Below, piece by piece: positions 8,197 through 18,134 of a stretch of DNA of 64,000 nucleotides; within the stretch, counting starts at the first letter, position 1, and each line of letters opens with the position of its first letter. The notes beneath the pieces were generated by a model. It did not search any database. It worked only from the letters and a program-made list of their open reading frames with translations, and had not been told where the DNA came from. Origin of the DNA: a virus; IMG/VR virus record IMGVR_UViG_3300045988_180880, positions 160,001 through 224,000 of that record. One strand, written 5' to 3'. A program made the translations under genes and the position numbers.

Positions 8197-9974
8197 TCTT
8201 CTATAGTATTATCGTTCCACTTCACCCTAGCATATACATCTGGGGCATTATCTAATCTCAATTCTAAGTTTTTAAAATCTTCTCTGAATTCTTGAGGTAG
8301 TTCGAATACTTTATTTATTACCTCCTTCATAATTTCTCGAGCCTTTAATTGTCTGGCTTTCTTTCTCCATACTCTGGGACAAAATACGGCCGGAACATAT
8401 ATAAAGTGATCAGAAGCGGCGGATATATCTGTTATAACTACCTCAGAAGGATCTATCTCAAGTTTTTCATACTCTGGGGTGTTCCAGTATCCATATTCAT
8501 TTTTCTTTGGTTCCTTAGAAAAACATAAATACTTATCTCCTTCTTTAACAAACCATAAACTTCCGCCGCTAAACTCCTCTTTATATTTTTCTAATAAATC
8601 AGCCGGTGTTGATAGTCCCGGATCTTCATCGAAATAATCTTGAAGAATTTGTTTTATCTCTCCAACTATTTTTCCAGGAGCTAATCTAAATTCTGTCATT
8701 ATACACTCTCCTGTAACTGGAACTGTGAAATTTGCAGTAGGTTGAAGATTTTTTATTCTTTCAACTTCGGAGAGAAATGATTCAGTTTGACCTGGCATAT
8801 TCCAACAAGGTTTATGGTTCATATTATCAGCTTCAATTAACTTCATTTCATCCGTCAAGTTATCTCCAAGAAGTCTGATAAGTTGACGAGTTTTCTTTGG
8901 TTTTCCTGTATATAATCCCCGAGAATAGTCATATAGCTGTTTAATACACATATGATTTTCAACTAAGAAAACGACTTTATCAATTACTTCCCCCGGATAT
9001 TTAAGATTAGTTAGGATTTTTCTTGTTTCTTTTGCTGACTCTTTATCATGTTCATGAAATGAAAATGATCCATCTTCTTTTACTTGATAACATATTGGTT
9101 TAGAAACATCATGAAAGAGGGCTGCTAACCTAAGTTCAAGATTTGCTCCGCCTTGAATTACATGACCCAATACAGCAAGAGAATGTTCACCCCAAGTCTT
9201 ATCATGATATTTATTATTCTGTACGAAACCAATATTTAATTGAAAAATCTTAGAAATTCTCCACATAAGACATCTTCCAATTAGTTCTCGAATTCCCCAT
9301 ACTGCATTTTTTGACATTAAAATCTTAGTAAACTCATCTCTAATCCTTTCCATACTAAGAGATGAATATTCTGGAATATTATCAATCTTAGAGTATGTTT
9401 CCTCAGAAATAGTAAACATTTTAGTACAGGCAAATCTGATTGCTCTTAACATTCTAAGAGGATCATCTTTAAAAGTCTGTTCAGGATCAAGAGGCGTTCT
9501 TAAGATTCTATTCTTACAATCATCTAAACCTTTCCCCGTTGGATCTAATACCTCTCCAGTTAATAGGTTTTTATATAATGCATTACAACAAAAATCACGT
9601 CTAAAAGCATCCTCTGTGATATTAGTTTGTTGTACTGTATCTGGTTTTCTCGGTCCTTGATTATAAGTTTCAACTCTAGGTACAACACACTCTATATCTA
9701 TCTTTTCATTGGCTCCTATGTCTAATGAAAATTTCCCAGTTTTAAATCTATTATAAGTAACGAAACCAGAACATTCAGGCTTTGTTTTTAGGAAATCTAT
9801 AAAGAGATCTGTTCCTTCTGGATAATCAATACAAAGATCTATATCTTTTGGAGTTTTTCCTAAAACTAAATCCCTAACACATCCACCAACTAGATAGATT
9901 TTTTCTTTGAATTTACAATCTTGAACTACTTCTTTTAATAATTCGACTGCTTTTTCGTAATCAATTTTCTTCAT
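8187..9974 (-). CDS. cca: CCA-adding tRNA nucleotidyltransferase / poly(A) polymerase family with HD domain
   Basis: Motifs GGCVRDLVLGKTPKDIDL, RRDFCCNA, DPLRMLRAIRF and the HD motif LAALFHDVSKP. A C-terminal extension of about 170 aa has no recognised family. Confidence 0.9.
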   Translation of the reverse strand: MKKIDYEKAVELLKEVVQDCKFKEKIYLVGGCVRDLVLGKTPKDIDLCIDYPEGTDLFIDFLKTKPECSGFVTYNRFKTGKFSLDIGANEKIDIECVVPRVETYNQGPRKPDTVQQTNITEDAFRRDFCCNALYKNLLTGEVLDPTGKGLDDCKNRILRTPLDPEQTFKDDPLRMLRAIRFACTKMFTISEETYSKIDNIPEYSSLSMERIRDEFTKILMSKNAVWGIRELIGRCLMWRISKIFQLNIGFVQNNKYHDKTWGEHSLAVLGHVIQGGANLELRLAALFHDVSKPICYQVKEDGSFSFHEHDKESAKETRKILTNLKYPGEVIDKVVFLVENHMCIKQLYDYSRGLYTGKPKKTRQLIRLLGDNLTDEMKLIEADNMNHKPCWNMPGQTESFLSEVERIKNLQPTANFTVPVTGECIMTEFRLAPGKIVGEIKQILQDYFDEDPGLSTPADLLEKYKEEFSGGSLWFVKEGDKYLCFSKEPKKNEYGYWNTPEYEKLEIDPSEVVITDISAASDHFIYVPAVFCPRVWRKKARQLKAREIMKEVINKVFELPQEFREDFKNLELRLDNAPDVYARVKWNDNTIEEWM

Positions 9975-9993
9975 AATTGTTTATTGTTTTTAT

Positions 9994-10004
9994 CACATAT
10001 AAGG
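9994..10004 (-). promoter_or_regulatory. promoter-like motif CCTTATATGTG (minus sense)
   Basis: A variant of the CCTTATATATG motif, 20 nt upstream of the cca start. A similar copy lies at 30270-30280 upstream of 29999..30244. Confidence 0.3.
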
Positions 10005-10051
10005 AAAATAAACTACCCTGGAAGATTTATTTTCTCCAAGGTAGTAATATT

Positions 10052-11137
10052 TTATTGTTGTTCAGCTTTTTTATATACTTTTATAATAGTTGCTAGATTA
10101 AGAATTACTATAAATCCAGATATAATTATAGTAATTAAATTTATAAAAGGTATTTGAATGAAATTATAAGAATCCAATTCAATATGATTCCAATAATTTT
10201 TTTGATATCCACTAAGTAAACAATCTGAATAATTTTCTATGTTTAACTTTGTTCCAGGCTTAAGAGATTTTTCCAAAATATATTTTTCAAACTTTTTATC
10301 TCTATCCCAACTAAAAGATCCAGACCAAGTTATAGTATCATTTTCATCAATACCTATACAAAATATTGCTTCATTTTCTTTTCCTCCAGACCAGAATGAT
10401 CTTTGAAGTTCTGTTTTATTCTTATAGCTATTTTGCCAAACTAAAAGAATAGGTCTGAACATAGGATCAAGGGAACATATATAACCAATTTTTCTTTCTA
10501 GAGAATCAGGAATATTGATACCATATACGAAATTTTGTCTAGGTTCTAAAATATTATCTGAATTTACAACTCTACCAATACTATATCTCACAAATAATCT
10601 TTTCTTCAAAGCTTCTGATATATCTACATCATATAACTTATAGATCGGTAAGATATTATTCATGTAGTTATAGTAATTAACTGGTTTTGAGAATATTAAT
10701 GCAGTTTCAGGATTACTATTCCACTTAGATCTACACATATGCCAACTCTTATTCTGTGGATGTATGATATCTTCCTTGTTTTTCCATAATCCTTGAAAAT
10801 ACATAAAAGTATTTTTCGAAATTTCAATCTCTACTTCTTCACCAGTATCAAAATCATCATAAACTAGGTAATAAACATCTTCATGAGTAACATCTTTTCC
10901 ATCTACTTTTTCTATCCAATTACTGTAATGTTTTATATACCTAGCTGAGTATTCAACTAGTTTTGTATCTACTGGCTTATTTAAAGTAAATGTAAAAAAT
11001 ACAATAAATATAGCCATAATCGAAGGTAAGACGAAAAATATATTCGGCTTATCTTTTTTCAATCGTCTTTTAACTTTAATAAATATAAATACTGATATTA
11101 ATAACAGTATTACAACAGTCATAAATAAATATTCCAT
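10052..11137 (-). CDS. membrane protein (hypothetical)
   Basis: 361 aa with hydrophobic segments near both termini (VVILLLISVFIFI, IFIVFFTF, LITIIISGFIVILNLATII). Confidence 0.75.
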   Translation of the reverse strand: MEYLFMTVVILLLISVFIFIKVKRRLKKDKPNIFFVLPSIMAIFIVFFTFTLNKPVDTKLVEYSARYIKHYSNWIEKVDGKDVTHEDVYYLVYDDFDTGEEVEIEISKNTFMYFQGLWKNKEDIIHPQNKSWHMCRSKWNSNPETALIFSKPVNYYNYMNNILPIYKLYDVDISEALKKRLFVRYSIGRVVNSDNILEPRQNFVYGINIPDSLERKIGYICSLDPMFRPILLVWQNSYKNKTELQRSFWSGGKENEAIFCIGIDENDTITWSGSFSWDRDKKFEKYILEKSLKPGTKLNIENYSDCLLSGYQKNYWNHIELDSYNFIQIPFINLITIIISGFIVILNLATIIKVYKKAEQQ

Positions 11138-11144
11138 AGGCTTT

Positions 11145-11888
11145 TTAAAAACTTATTAATTTTCTTTTTCTAAGCAAATCTCCAACTACTGAGTTCCATT
11201 CTATCGCATCTTTAATAGTTTTCTCTGGATAAGTATAAGTGATAAAATTATTTTCTGCAAAAATGGTTTCTGTAATAATTATTTTTCCATAATCACCCAT
11301 ATCAGATTCATAAAATATATTTAAAGAGTTTCTGAATATTCCATCATCTCCTGGGGTTAAATAAAGATTATCAGTATCTTTTTCAATAGATCCTAAGAAA
11401 ATAAGATCTTCCCGAGGTTTCTTAACTCCCATTAAGGAATAATCTGCGTACCAAAGATAATGTTCATACTTCCATGAATGAACACTATATTCTCTAAGAT
11501 CTCTTGGAAAACCACTTAACTCTGGGGTCCCTTCACTTCCATAAATTACACAAGGTTTCCACCCTCCATTAATATATTGAAGTTCAAAAAGACATTTTGG
11601 ATAATCTTCATGGATTAAAATATCACCTTCATAAATTCCGTTAGTTATAAATTCTCCAACAGATTTATGTGAAACCCTACTCCAAGTAAAAGATCTCTTT
11701 TCTTCATCGACTCGACTATCACTAGTTATAATTAAACAAGAACTGTCATAAGTAGATATTCTAAGGGATCCATACACGAAATTCAATGAATCATATAGAC
11801 TCATTCCAATAGGTATTCCTCTAAAACTCTTGTCAATACTACTTCCATGTTTTTCTGCAAAGTATTTTTCAAGTAATCTACAACTCAT
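11145..11888 (-). CDS. hypothetical protein
   Basis: 247-aa ORF in a coupled array. No family recognised. Confidence 0.7.
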   Translation of the reverse strand: MSCRLLEKYFAEKHGSSIDKSFRGIPIGMSLYDSLNFVYGSLRISTYDSSCLIITSDSRVDEEKRSFTWSRVSHKSVGEFITNGIYEGDILIHEDYPKCLFELQYINGGWKPCVIYGSEGTPELSGFPRDLREYSVHSWKYEHYLWYADYSLMGVKKPREDLIFLGSIEKDTDNLYLTPGDDGIFRNSLNIFYESDMGDYGKIIITETIFAENNFITYTYPEKTIKDAIEWNSVVGDLLRKRKLISF

Positions 11889-13317
11889 TTTTTCTCTTTT
11901 CTTGTTTTAATCTTAATAACTCTTTTGACAAAGTAGGATCATTATGAGAGATGCCATCCAAGATATCATAATAAATACCCCAAATGGATCTTACAAATGC
12001 TAATCGTTTCGACACAAGCATATAAGTTCCATTCATTAAGGGCAGTTTAGATTCTTTCATAGAACTGTAAAGAGCACTAAGACGTAAGTATCTCTTATGC
12101 CACTTCAAAAGTTCTGGCATAGCTGTCTTTTCAGATAAACCCATTTCTCCAAGAACTTCTTTAACATCCTCTGGAAGTTCATCAAAAAACATATTATAAC
12201 TTTTCTGCAAAGATTCTTTATCTTCACTTAATTTCTCTACTACTTGATCCCATGTTAAATCACAAAGATCATCTATCCAGGAATCAATATAATATAATTT
12301 ATCCGAATCTTTAATAACACCAAATAGAATTGGATCCTTTTTAATTCTCTCCTCTTCAGCTTTTTCATATTCTGTTAAACTGAATGATTTTCCGGTAGGA
12401 TCATAGTACAGAATTACGTAGTTATCAAATACTTGTAAATTATCTGCCAGTACTTTCTTTTCAGCAACTGAATCTGGAATTACTCTTGTGAAATTCTTAA
12501 TATAATCAATATCAAGTTGTTTTTCACATTTTTTCTGAAGAGTTACTAGATCCGACATTGTAATATAATGATTAATTCCAGAAACTGCTAGAACTGATTC
12601 ATAAATATGTATAACTAATTCTGAAATTAATTTTTCGAGTTGAGCTTGTTGATTTAATACAGTAGCTTTATGAATTAAGCTCATATAAGCTTCAGTACGT
12701 TCTTTAAACTCTTTTTCTTTTCCAGCTAATATCTTAACTTGATCAAACAATTCTATTACATTTATTTCATACAGCTTTTTCGGTTCCTCTATCTTATCCT
12801 CAGTAATTGTCTTTTTTCTCTTTCCAAATAATTTTTCTAAGAAACCTTTCTTCTCTTTCTTATTCCCCGAAGAATTCATATTAGTATTAACATATTTAAC
12901 AGAATCATCATTATTATTTACGAAAATTTGATTCCGAATTCTACCTGAGATTAAAGAATTATTTTCCTTCAGAATTTTTAATAGCTTTTCTGAAATTGAT
13001 ATATTAAATTTCCTAGCATTTGAGTCTCCAAGAAATTCCTTAACTCTAGATAAACCTTTTAGAATTTTATCTGTAGCTTCTATTTCTTTCTCACCTTCTA
13101 AGAAAAGAAATTGTCCTGGAGTTATTGAATCAGGATCTGTATTTACTATTCTATTAAAATTTATATTTACTTCAGATTCCTTAAGGTCTTCCTTTGAACT
13201 TAAAGTTACTTTTTCGGTTGTATCTTTTACTAGATTTTTATATTTTAATAAATTTTCATCTACTACAATACCACCTTCAAACAATGTAATTCTGTTTCCT
13301 TTTTCTAATAATTTCAT
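11878..13317 (-). CDS. hypothetical protein
   Basis: 479-aa ORF that overlaps both neighbours. No family recognised. Confidence 0.75.
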   Translation of the reverse strand: MKLLEKGNRITLFEGGIVVDENLLKYKNLVKDTTEKVTLSSKEDLKESEVNINFNRIVNTDPDSITPGQFLFLEGEKEIEATDKILKGLSRVKEFLGDSNARKFNISISEKLLKILKENNSLISGRIRNQIFVNNNDDSVKYVNTNMNSSGNKKEKKGFLEKLFGKRKKTITEDKIEEPKKLYEINVIELFDQVKILAGKEKEFKERTEAYMSLIHKATVLNQQAQLEKLISELVIHIYESVLAVSGINHYITMSDLVTLQKKCEKQLDIDYIKNFTRVIPDSVAEKKVLADNLQVFDNYVILYYDPTGKSFSLTEYEKAEEERIKKDPILFGVIKDSDKLYYIDSWIDDLCDLTWDQVVEKLSEDKESLQKSYNMFFDELPEDVKEVLGEMGLSEKTAMPELLKWHKRYLRLSALYSSMKESKLPLMNGTYMLVSKRLAFVRSIWGIYYDILDGISHNDPTLSKELLRLKQEKRKNEL

Positions 13318-14210
13318 AATCTATATAATATTTGTGAGTTTTTATTTCCTAGTTCACATCTAATATTTTCTATCAAACCCCTTTTAAGAGTTGGATGAAG
13401 ACCCGACATTGATGTTATAAATAAACACCTTTCTTCAGGATCCTCTATAATACTAAATATTATAGGAAGCATATACATAAGAATTCTAAATCCTGATCCA
13501 TGATCAATTATACTTAATAATCCAGTTGGATCATGATCTGTTATTATCCTCCAGTCTTCAGTTATTTTATTTATTCCAAAACCTAAATCAGGAATAATAT
13601 TTCTTACTTTCTCTTGAACTGATTCAGGATATTTCATGAGTTTTTCAATAAATGGATCAATACCCCATTTAAGTCCTTCACCTGAATCAGCTATTATTAA
13701 ATCTTTTTCAAAAAACTTACCTATTCCATAAGATATATTAGGATAGTCATAGGATAAATTAGAAATAAAAGAAGTAATAAATTTTGTTGATTTATAAACT
13801 TCATATAAATTTAATAAAATTTCTTCATCCTCCCCAGTTCCTTTAAATCCTGCTCCTATACTTATTTCATATTGATCTACATATACAGCTAATTTTTGAT
13901 CTACAACAAGGGATTCAGATATAAACTCATCTAACGTAAAGATAACACTATATCCTATATCATAATCTTCAGAACAAAGAGTTATAGACATCTCAATAGG
14001 TTCTATAGGATCATATGGTCTAAAATCTACTTTACTAACTTTTTTCAGTAAAAATTTACCAATTCCTTTGAGAAATTCATCTAAGGATATATCTACTTTG
14101 TAATCAACATCACTGCTTATTAACTCTGTAAGTCCAGTCGGAGAAAATCCTATTGATATTTCTTCTTTACATGCGAAAAAATTTTTTAATCTTAAATTTT
14201 TTATTCTCAT
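13314..14210 (-). CDS. ABC/OLD-family (AAA_15/21-like) ATPase homolog with degenerate catalytic motifs
   Basis: The N-terminus MRIKNLRLKNF and the C-terminal GSGFR...CLFITSMSGLHPTL resemble this family. No GxxGKS P-loop is present, and the Walker B acidic pair is replaced by TSMS. Confidence 0.5.
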   Translation of the reverse strand: MRIKNLRLKNFFACKEEISIGFSPTGLTELISSDVDYKVDISLDEFLKGIGKFLLKKVSKVDFRPYDPIEPIEMSITLCSEDYDIGYSVIFTLDEFISESLVVDQKLAVYVDQYEISIGAGFKGTGEDEEILLNLYEVYKSTKFITSFISNLSYDYPNISYGIGKFFEKDLIIADSGEGLKWGIDPFIEKLMKYPESVQEKVRNIIPDLGFGINKITEDWRIITDHDPTGLLSIIDHGSGFRILMYMLPIIFSIIEDPEERCLFITSMSGLHPTLKRGLIENIRCELGNKNSQILYRL

Positions 14211-14277
14211 TTTAATTTTCTTTGATCATAGTTAAGGCTATTAGAGTTTTATATCTTTCTTATGTACATTTCCCTTA

Positions 14278-14292
14278 AAAACCTTATATATG
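14278..14292 (+). promoter_or_regulatory. class I-like promoter motif AAAACCTTATATATG
   Basis: Lies in the divergent intergenic region, 110 nt upstream of 14402. Confidence 0.3.
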
Positions 14293-14401
14293 GAAATTAT
14301 TGTTAATGAAAATTGCTTTAGTCAATAAGTCTGGTCTGCGAAGATCGGGCTTATTTTTTTTTGGCCTGAGAATCTTATACTTGAAATAAAAACCTAAAAG
14401 A

Positions 14402-15073
14402 ATGGAAAGATTAGAACAAATTTTCGAAAATGAAGTATTAAAAAATCTAAAAGAAGGTAAAATTAGTGGGAAATCTATCAAAGAACTTCCAGTATTATTT
14501 GAGAAGAGGAAAAGAAATGATAAATACACCCACTCTGAGTTATCATATATTATGAAACTTAATGACCTAGGAATACCTTATGGATTAATCGCTAAATCTA
14601 TATCTAGAACTGAAACATCCGTTAGAAATAGATGTGTTAAGTTTAGAACAGAAAATGGAACTTATAATAAGGGTCATATAGAAGAAAAATATAATCTTAA
14701 CGATAAATTCTTAAAATATCTTGAAAAAGAAGATAGAGTAATGACTATCTTAGACGCTTATTCGGGGAGTAAGCCATTTTGGACAAAGTATGAAAAAAGA
14801 AGAGTAGTATTAACAAATGATATAAATAAAGATTATCCAGCTAAATTACATTTTCCTGCTGAAGATCTTGTTAAGGTATTATATGAGAAAGAATATGAAT
14901 TTGACGTTGTAGATCTAGATCCATTTAATACTCCAATGAAATGTTTTGATAATGCAATTAAGATTTGTAATAGAGGATTAATCATGACTTTCGGGGATAA
15001 ACGAGGAATAATAAGTAATAAAAACTTAGCAAAAGAACGTTATGGATGTAGGGTCTATGATGAAAGAAAATAA
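14402..15073 (+). CDS. SAM-dependent methyltransferase with Trm1 (tRNA m2,2G)-like motifs and an N-terminal HTH-like segment
   Basis: ILDAYSGS (motif I-like), VLTNDIN, and FDVVDLDPFNTP..FDNAIK resemble the TRM family (DxDPFGSP). The frame may continue to 15192 after a -1 shift (see finding). Confidence 0.5.
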   Translation: MERLEQIFENEVLKNLKEGKISGKSIKELPVLFEKRKRNDKYTHSELSYIMKLNDLGIPYGLIAKSISRTETSVRNRCVKFRTENGTYNKGHIEEKYNLNDKFLKYLEKEDRVMTILDAYSGSKPFWTKYEKRRVVLTNDINKDYPAKLHFPAEDLVKVLYEKEYEFDVVDLDPFNTPMKCFDNAIKICNRGLIMTFGDKRGIISNKNLAKERYGCRVYDERK

Positions 15074-15183
15074 TACAACATTATATCAGAAGAGCTAAGA
15101 AATTTGGAGTGAAACTTAGAGTATGGAAATTTGTAAAATGGAAAATGACATGGAGAGTTTACTTTAAAGTACTAACCCCGAGT

Positions 15184-15198
15184 TCCTTATAAATGTAT
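15184..15198 (+). promoter_or_regulatory. class II promoter-like motif TCCTTATAAATGTAT
   Basis: Lies 23 nt upstream of ATG 15221. Confidence 0.35.
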
Positions 15199-15220
15199 TA
15201 ATAAAAAAAATTAAACAATT

Positions 15221-15604
15221 ATGAAAGTAAGATTTTTATCTACAAAGTTTTATGTGAGCGAAAAAAGAAGAACAGTAACTTGTGTTATGACTGCAAAATT
15301 AGACGATAGAAAGTCTGGTCAAAACAATTTCCGATTTACATGGGAAGGGGAAGAGAGATTCTTAGAACCTTTCGAAGTTATAACAGTTGCCCGTTGTCAC
15401 AAAGATGATAAATTCGATGAGACAAAAGGAAGACGTATCGCTGAATCTAAAGCTAAACGTTTAGTTTATTCAGAAGGAATTCAACGAGGAAGAATGATAC
15501 TAAAAGCAGAAAATGCTTATCGGAAAGAGTTGGAAACATTTGTAGAAAATACAGTAAAGTATAAAGAAAAAGAAGTAGCTCATACATCTATTGTAATGGG
15601 ATAA
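15221..15604 (+). CDS. hypothetical protein
   Basis: 127-aa ORF (..ARCHKDDKFDETKGRRIAESKA..). Family name not recalled. Confidence 0.75.
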   Translation: MKVRFLSTKFYVSEKRRTVTCVMTAKLDDRKSGQNNFRFTWEGEERFLEPFEVITVARCHKDDKFDETKGRRIAESKAKRLVYSEGIQRGRMILKAENAYRKELETFVENTVKYKEKEVAHTSIVMG

Positions 15605-15614
15605 AAAAGAAAAT

Positions 15615-15658
15615 AAGAGAGGATTTAACTTGACTTTTAATTAGTCAAGACCTCTCTT
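15615..15658. terminator. nested-hairpin bidirectional terminator, copy 1
   Basis: Outer stem AGAGAGG/CCTCTCT and inner stem CTTGACT/AGTCAAG, between convergent genes. It is the reverse complement of 29948-29990. Confidence 0.6.
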
Positions 15659-15665
15659 ATTATTT

Positions 15666-15926
15666 TTATAGTCCTTCAGCAACTGAATTAAGAATCGAAT
15701 CTAGGATCACCTTTTCAGTTGTTGTTTTTATTTTCTCCATTTTATATTCACCAGTACCTAAATAAATTATAGTATATTCGATAATATCTGAAGATTCTCT
15801 TTTCAGTTCAAATAAAACCATAGATGAATATACTAAAGTTATTTGATCAGGATAATCATTAGCAACGTACAAAGGATCTCCAAAAACATCTGATATTTCT
15901 TTAACTATATTCTTCAGATTTATCAT
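15666..15926 (-). CDS. hypothetical protein
   Basis: 86-aa ORF, the last gene of a long coupled minus-strand array. Confidence 0.65.
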   Translation of the reverse strand: MINLKNIVKEISDVFGDPLYVANDYPDQITLVYSSMVLFELKRESSDIIEYTIIYLGTGEYKMEKIKTTTEKVILDSILNSVAEGL

Positions 15927-16213
15927 AATGCTGCTAAGTAACGATATATATAATTCTCAATATCTTCATAGGATATAGTGATAAGTTCTTCAGTTGGAAG
16001 TTCACCTTCTGGTTCAGTTCTAATTATATACATAGGTACTTTAGAAGCATCAGGTCCTATCTCATCAGAATGAATTAAGAATACTGTTGGAATTCTTACT
16101 CCAGTTAGTTGTAGATAATGAGTCTTAACAACTGTAGAATAATATTGAAATGACCCTTTCCCTAGCTCTTTACATATATTTTCGAAAATCTTAGTAATTC
16201 TTTTATTTTCCAT
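15923..16213 (-). CDS. hypothetical protein
   Basis: 96-aa ORF with a 4-nt overlap with the downstream gene. Confidence 0.65.
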   Translation of the reverse strand: MENKRITKIFENICKELGKGSFQYYSTVVKTHYLQLTGVRIPTVFLIHSDEIGPDASKVPMYIIRTEPEGELPTEELITISYEDIENYIYRYLAAL

Positions 16214-16668
16214 TAGTATCTAAAATCTCGATAAGATTTGTAAAAATAGTAATACCCTGGACCTCCATTTAAAGTTGGTCTTGGATCTACTCTAAATACT
16301 AAAAATTCCGGTGGAAGTGGTGGAAGCTGAATTGTATCTCTCCATCTAAACTTTATACGTTCTGGATCTCTTTGACTATCTAAACCAACTCCAATACCTT
16401 CTATATAACACAATCCATTATCTAAAATCTTTAACATCAAAGGAGCTTCATCTCCAATTGCACCTGATTCTACATAAGGATCATATATAAATATCTCACC
16501 AGGTTTTAGATTTTGATATTCCATAAGACTAAGATGATCATTTCCTATTCCTGGAAATCCAAGTTTCATTTCTGTCATTCTGGACTTCATTTTATTAACT
16601 TGATCTGGCCAAGTCTTAGAAAAACCTCTTTTTCTGGCGAATTTTATAAGAATATCATCATTTACCAT
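16213..16668 (-). CDS. hypothetical protein
   Basis: 151-aa ORF coupled to its neighbours. Confidence 0.7.
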   Translation of the reverse strand: MVNDDILIKFARKRGFSKTWPDQVNKMKSRMTEMKLGFPGIGNDHLSLMEYQNLKPGEIFIYDPYVESGAIGDEAPLMLKILDNGLCYIEGIGVGLDSQRDPERIKFRWRDTIQLPPLPPEFLVFRVDPRPTLNGGPGYYYFYKSYRDFRY

Positions 16669-17248
16669 TTCTTATATAATTTTTAATATATTTATAAACA
16701 TCTGTAATTAACCCTGTAGTCTCTTTATCTTGAAATAATTCATCAGATATTAAATTATCATCTACTAAATCTTTCAAAAGCTTTGTTATATCATCACTGT
16801 TACTAAATGAAACTATATTTGTTATATGATAATATTGAGACTTATCTCCGATATATGTAAAAGTTAATTTGACATATGGAAGTCTTACTAAATCATATGA
16901 ACCATCCTGATTTTGAGACTCTGAAATCAAACATTCTCCTGAAATATTAGTATAACTGTAAAGATCAAGAATTGTTTTTCCTGGAATACATTTAAGATAA
17001 TTAAAATTCTTTACTATTTCGGTGTCCGAACTTCCTCCAGTAACCACTACATTATTATGCATCTTAGAATGTGTTTCTGTTTTCTTAAAGAATCCAAAAA
17101 CTTTTTTCTCTGTTGTGTACTTTTCTTCATAAACAAAGTAGAACTTATGATCTTCAAGTTTTAATGATTCTGGATTTATTTCTATCTTTGTAACTCTATA
17201 ATCTTTAATTGAGGGTAAGTCGTTAAATAATCTTCCTATTTTCATCAT
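16658..17248 (-). CDS. hypothetical protein, tandem paralog of 17245..17742
   Basis: 196 aa. It shares DGSYDLVRLPYVKLTF versus DGSYKVYRLPYIIIYY, and also the C-terminal L..L.....L..D.LF.D motifs. Confidence 0.7.
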   Translation of the reverse strand: MMKIGRLFNDLPSIKDYRVTKIEINPESLKLEDHKFYFVYEEKYTTEKKVFGFFKKTETHSKMHNNVVVTGGSSDTEIVKNFNYLKCIPGKTILDLYSYTNISGECLISESQNQDGSYDLVRLPYVKLTFTYIGDKSQYYHITNIVSFSNSDDITKLLKDLVDDNLISDELFQDKETTGLITDVYKYIKNYIRNGK

Positions 17249-17742
17249 AATTTAACATTTTTTATTAATTTACTTGAAGTTCTATCATAAAATAAATCCT
17301 TATCAGTAAGTAGACCCTTTTCATATAATAGATTAAGAAACTCATTTAATTCTTTTTCTGTTTTAAATGTATATTCTTTTCTTCTTATATTATTCCCATA
17401 CATATCGATTTTATAGTAAATTATAATATATGGAAGTCTATATACTTTATAAGATCCATCAGAATACATATCTTCTCCTATTATTCCATCCTTAACACCA
17501 CAATAAAATACTGAATTTGGAAGTCTTATAGATTGTCCCGGTTCAATATTTTCATATTTTCTAGATTCTTGTGAGTAAATCATATCTCTCATATAATTCT
17601 TTTGACGACATTTGATAAACCCAAGGAACTTTTTTGTATATTCTGGATAAAATCGATATCTTTCTTCTAAAACAATTGATTTTTCAATTGATACTGAGAT
17701 AATCAATTCTTTTGTAAAAATTAATTTTTCTAATGTTATCAT
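17245..17742 (-). CDS. hypothetical protein, tandem paralog of 16658..17248
   Basis: I prefer the start at ATG 17742 (MITLEKL..), which gives a 4-nt ATGA-type overlap with the upstream stop at 17739. The track start is 17775. Confidence 0.65.
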   Translation of the reverse strand: MITLEKLIFTKELIISVSIEKSIVLEERYRFYPEYTKKFLGFIKCRQKNYMRDMIYSQESRKYENIEPGQSIRLPNSVFYCGVKDGIIGEDMYSDGSYKVYRLPYIIIYYKIDMYGNNIRRKEYTFKTEKELNEFLNLLYEKGLLTDKDLFYDRTSSKLIKNVKL

Positions 17743-18134
17743 AATAGTAAAAGTAGTTTTTCTGGTCGATCCCAATAAGCTTCTATTGCTGATTTCAAAT
17801 ATTCATATGCATTAGTCTTTGGGATGTCAGGATTGTAATGTAAAATGAAATCTCGAATTTTCATTCTATACATTCTAAATTTCTTCAACATAAAATCATT
17901 ATCTCCACCTGGACACTCTGGATTTTGATAAGCTTGTTCCTTGTAAGACTGAATAATATTATACAATCTATCTCCAAGTTCAATACTATAACCAGCAGAA
18001 TATGGTCCTTGGTTATGATTTTCTTCAATTAATTTTCCAGATTCCCAAGCTTCTTTTTTATACTCTACTTCTTTTCTAACGTTTCTAAGATATCTTTGAT
18101 GACGTCTTTCTTTTTTTCTTTTACTACTAGTCAT
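17739..18134 (-). CDS. hypothetical protein
   Basis: 131-aa ORF with a basic N-terminus. Confidence 0.7.
   Translation of the reverse strand: MTSSKRKKERRHQRYLRNVRKEVEYKKEAWESGKLIEENHNQGPYSAGYSIELGDRLYNIIQSYKEQAYQNPECPGGDNDFMLKKFRMYRMKIRDFILHYNPDIPKTNAYEYLKSAIEAYWDRPEKLLLLL

Noticed and set aside
14284-14529. 81-aa minus-strand ORF spanning the divergent promoter region and the start of the methyltransferase gene
   Set aside because: It overlaps the 5' end of a motif-supported plus-strand gene and an intergenic region carrying promoter-like motifs. Its translation is F/L/S-rich, typical of AT-rich antisense sequence.
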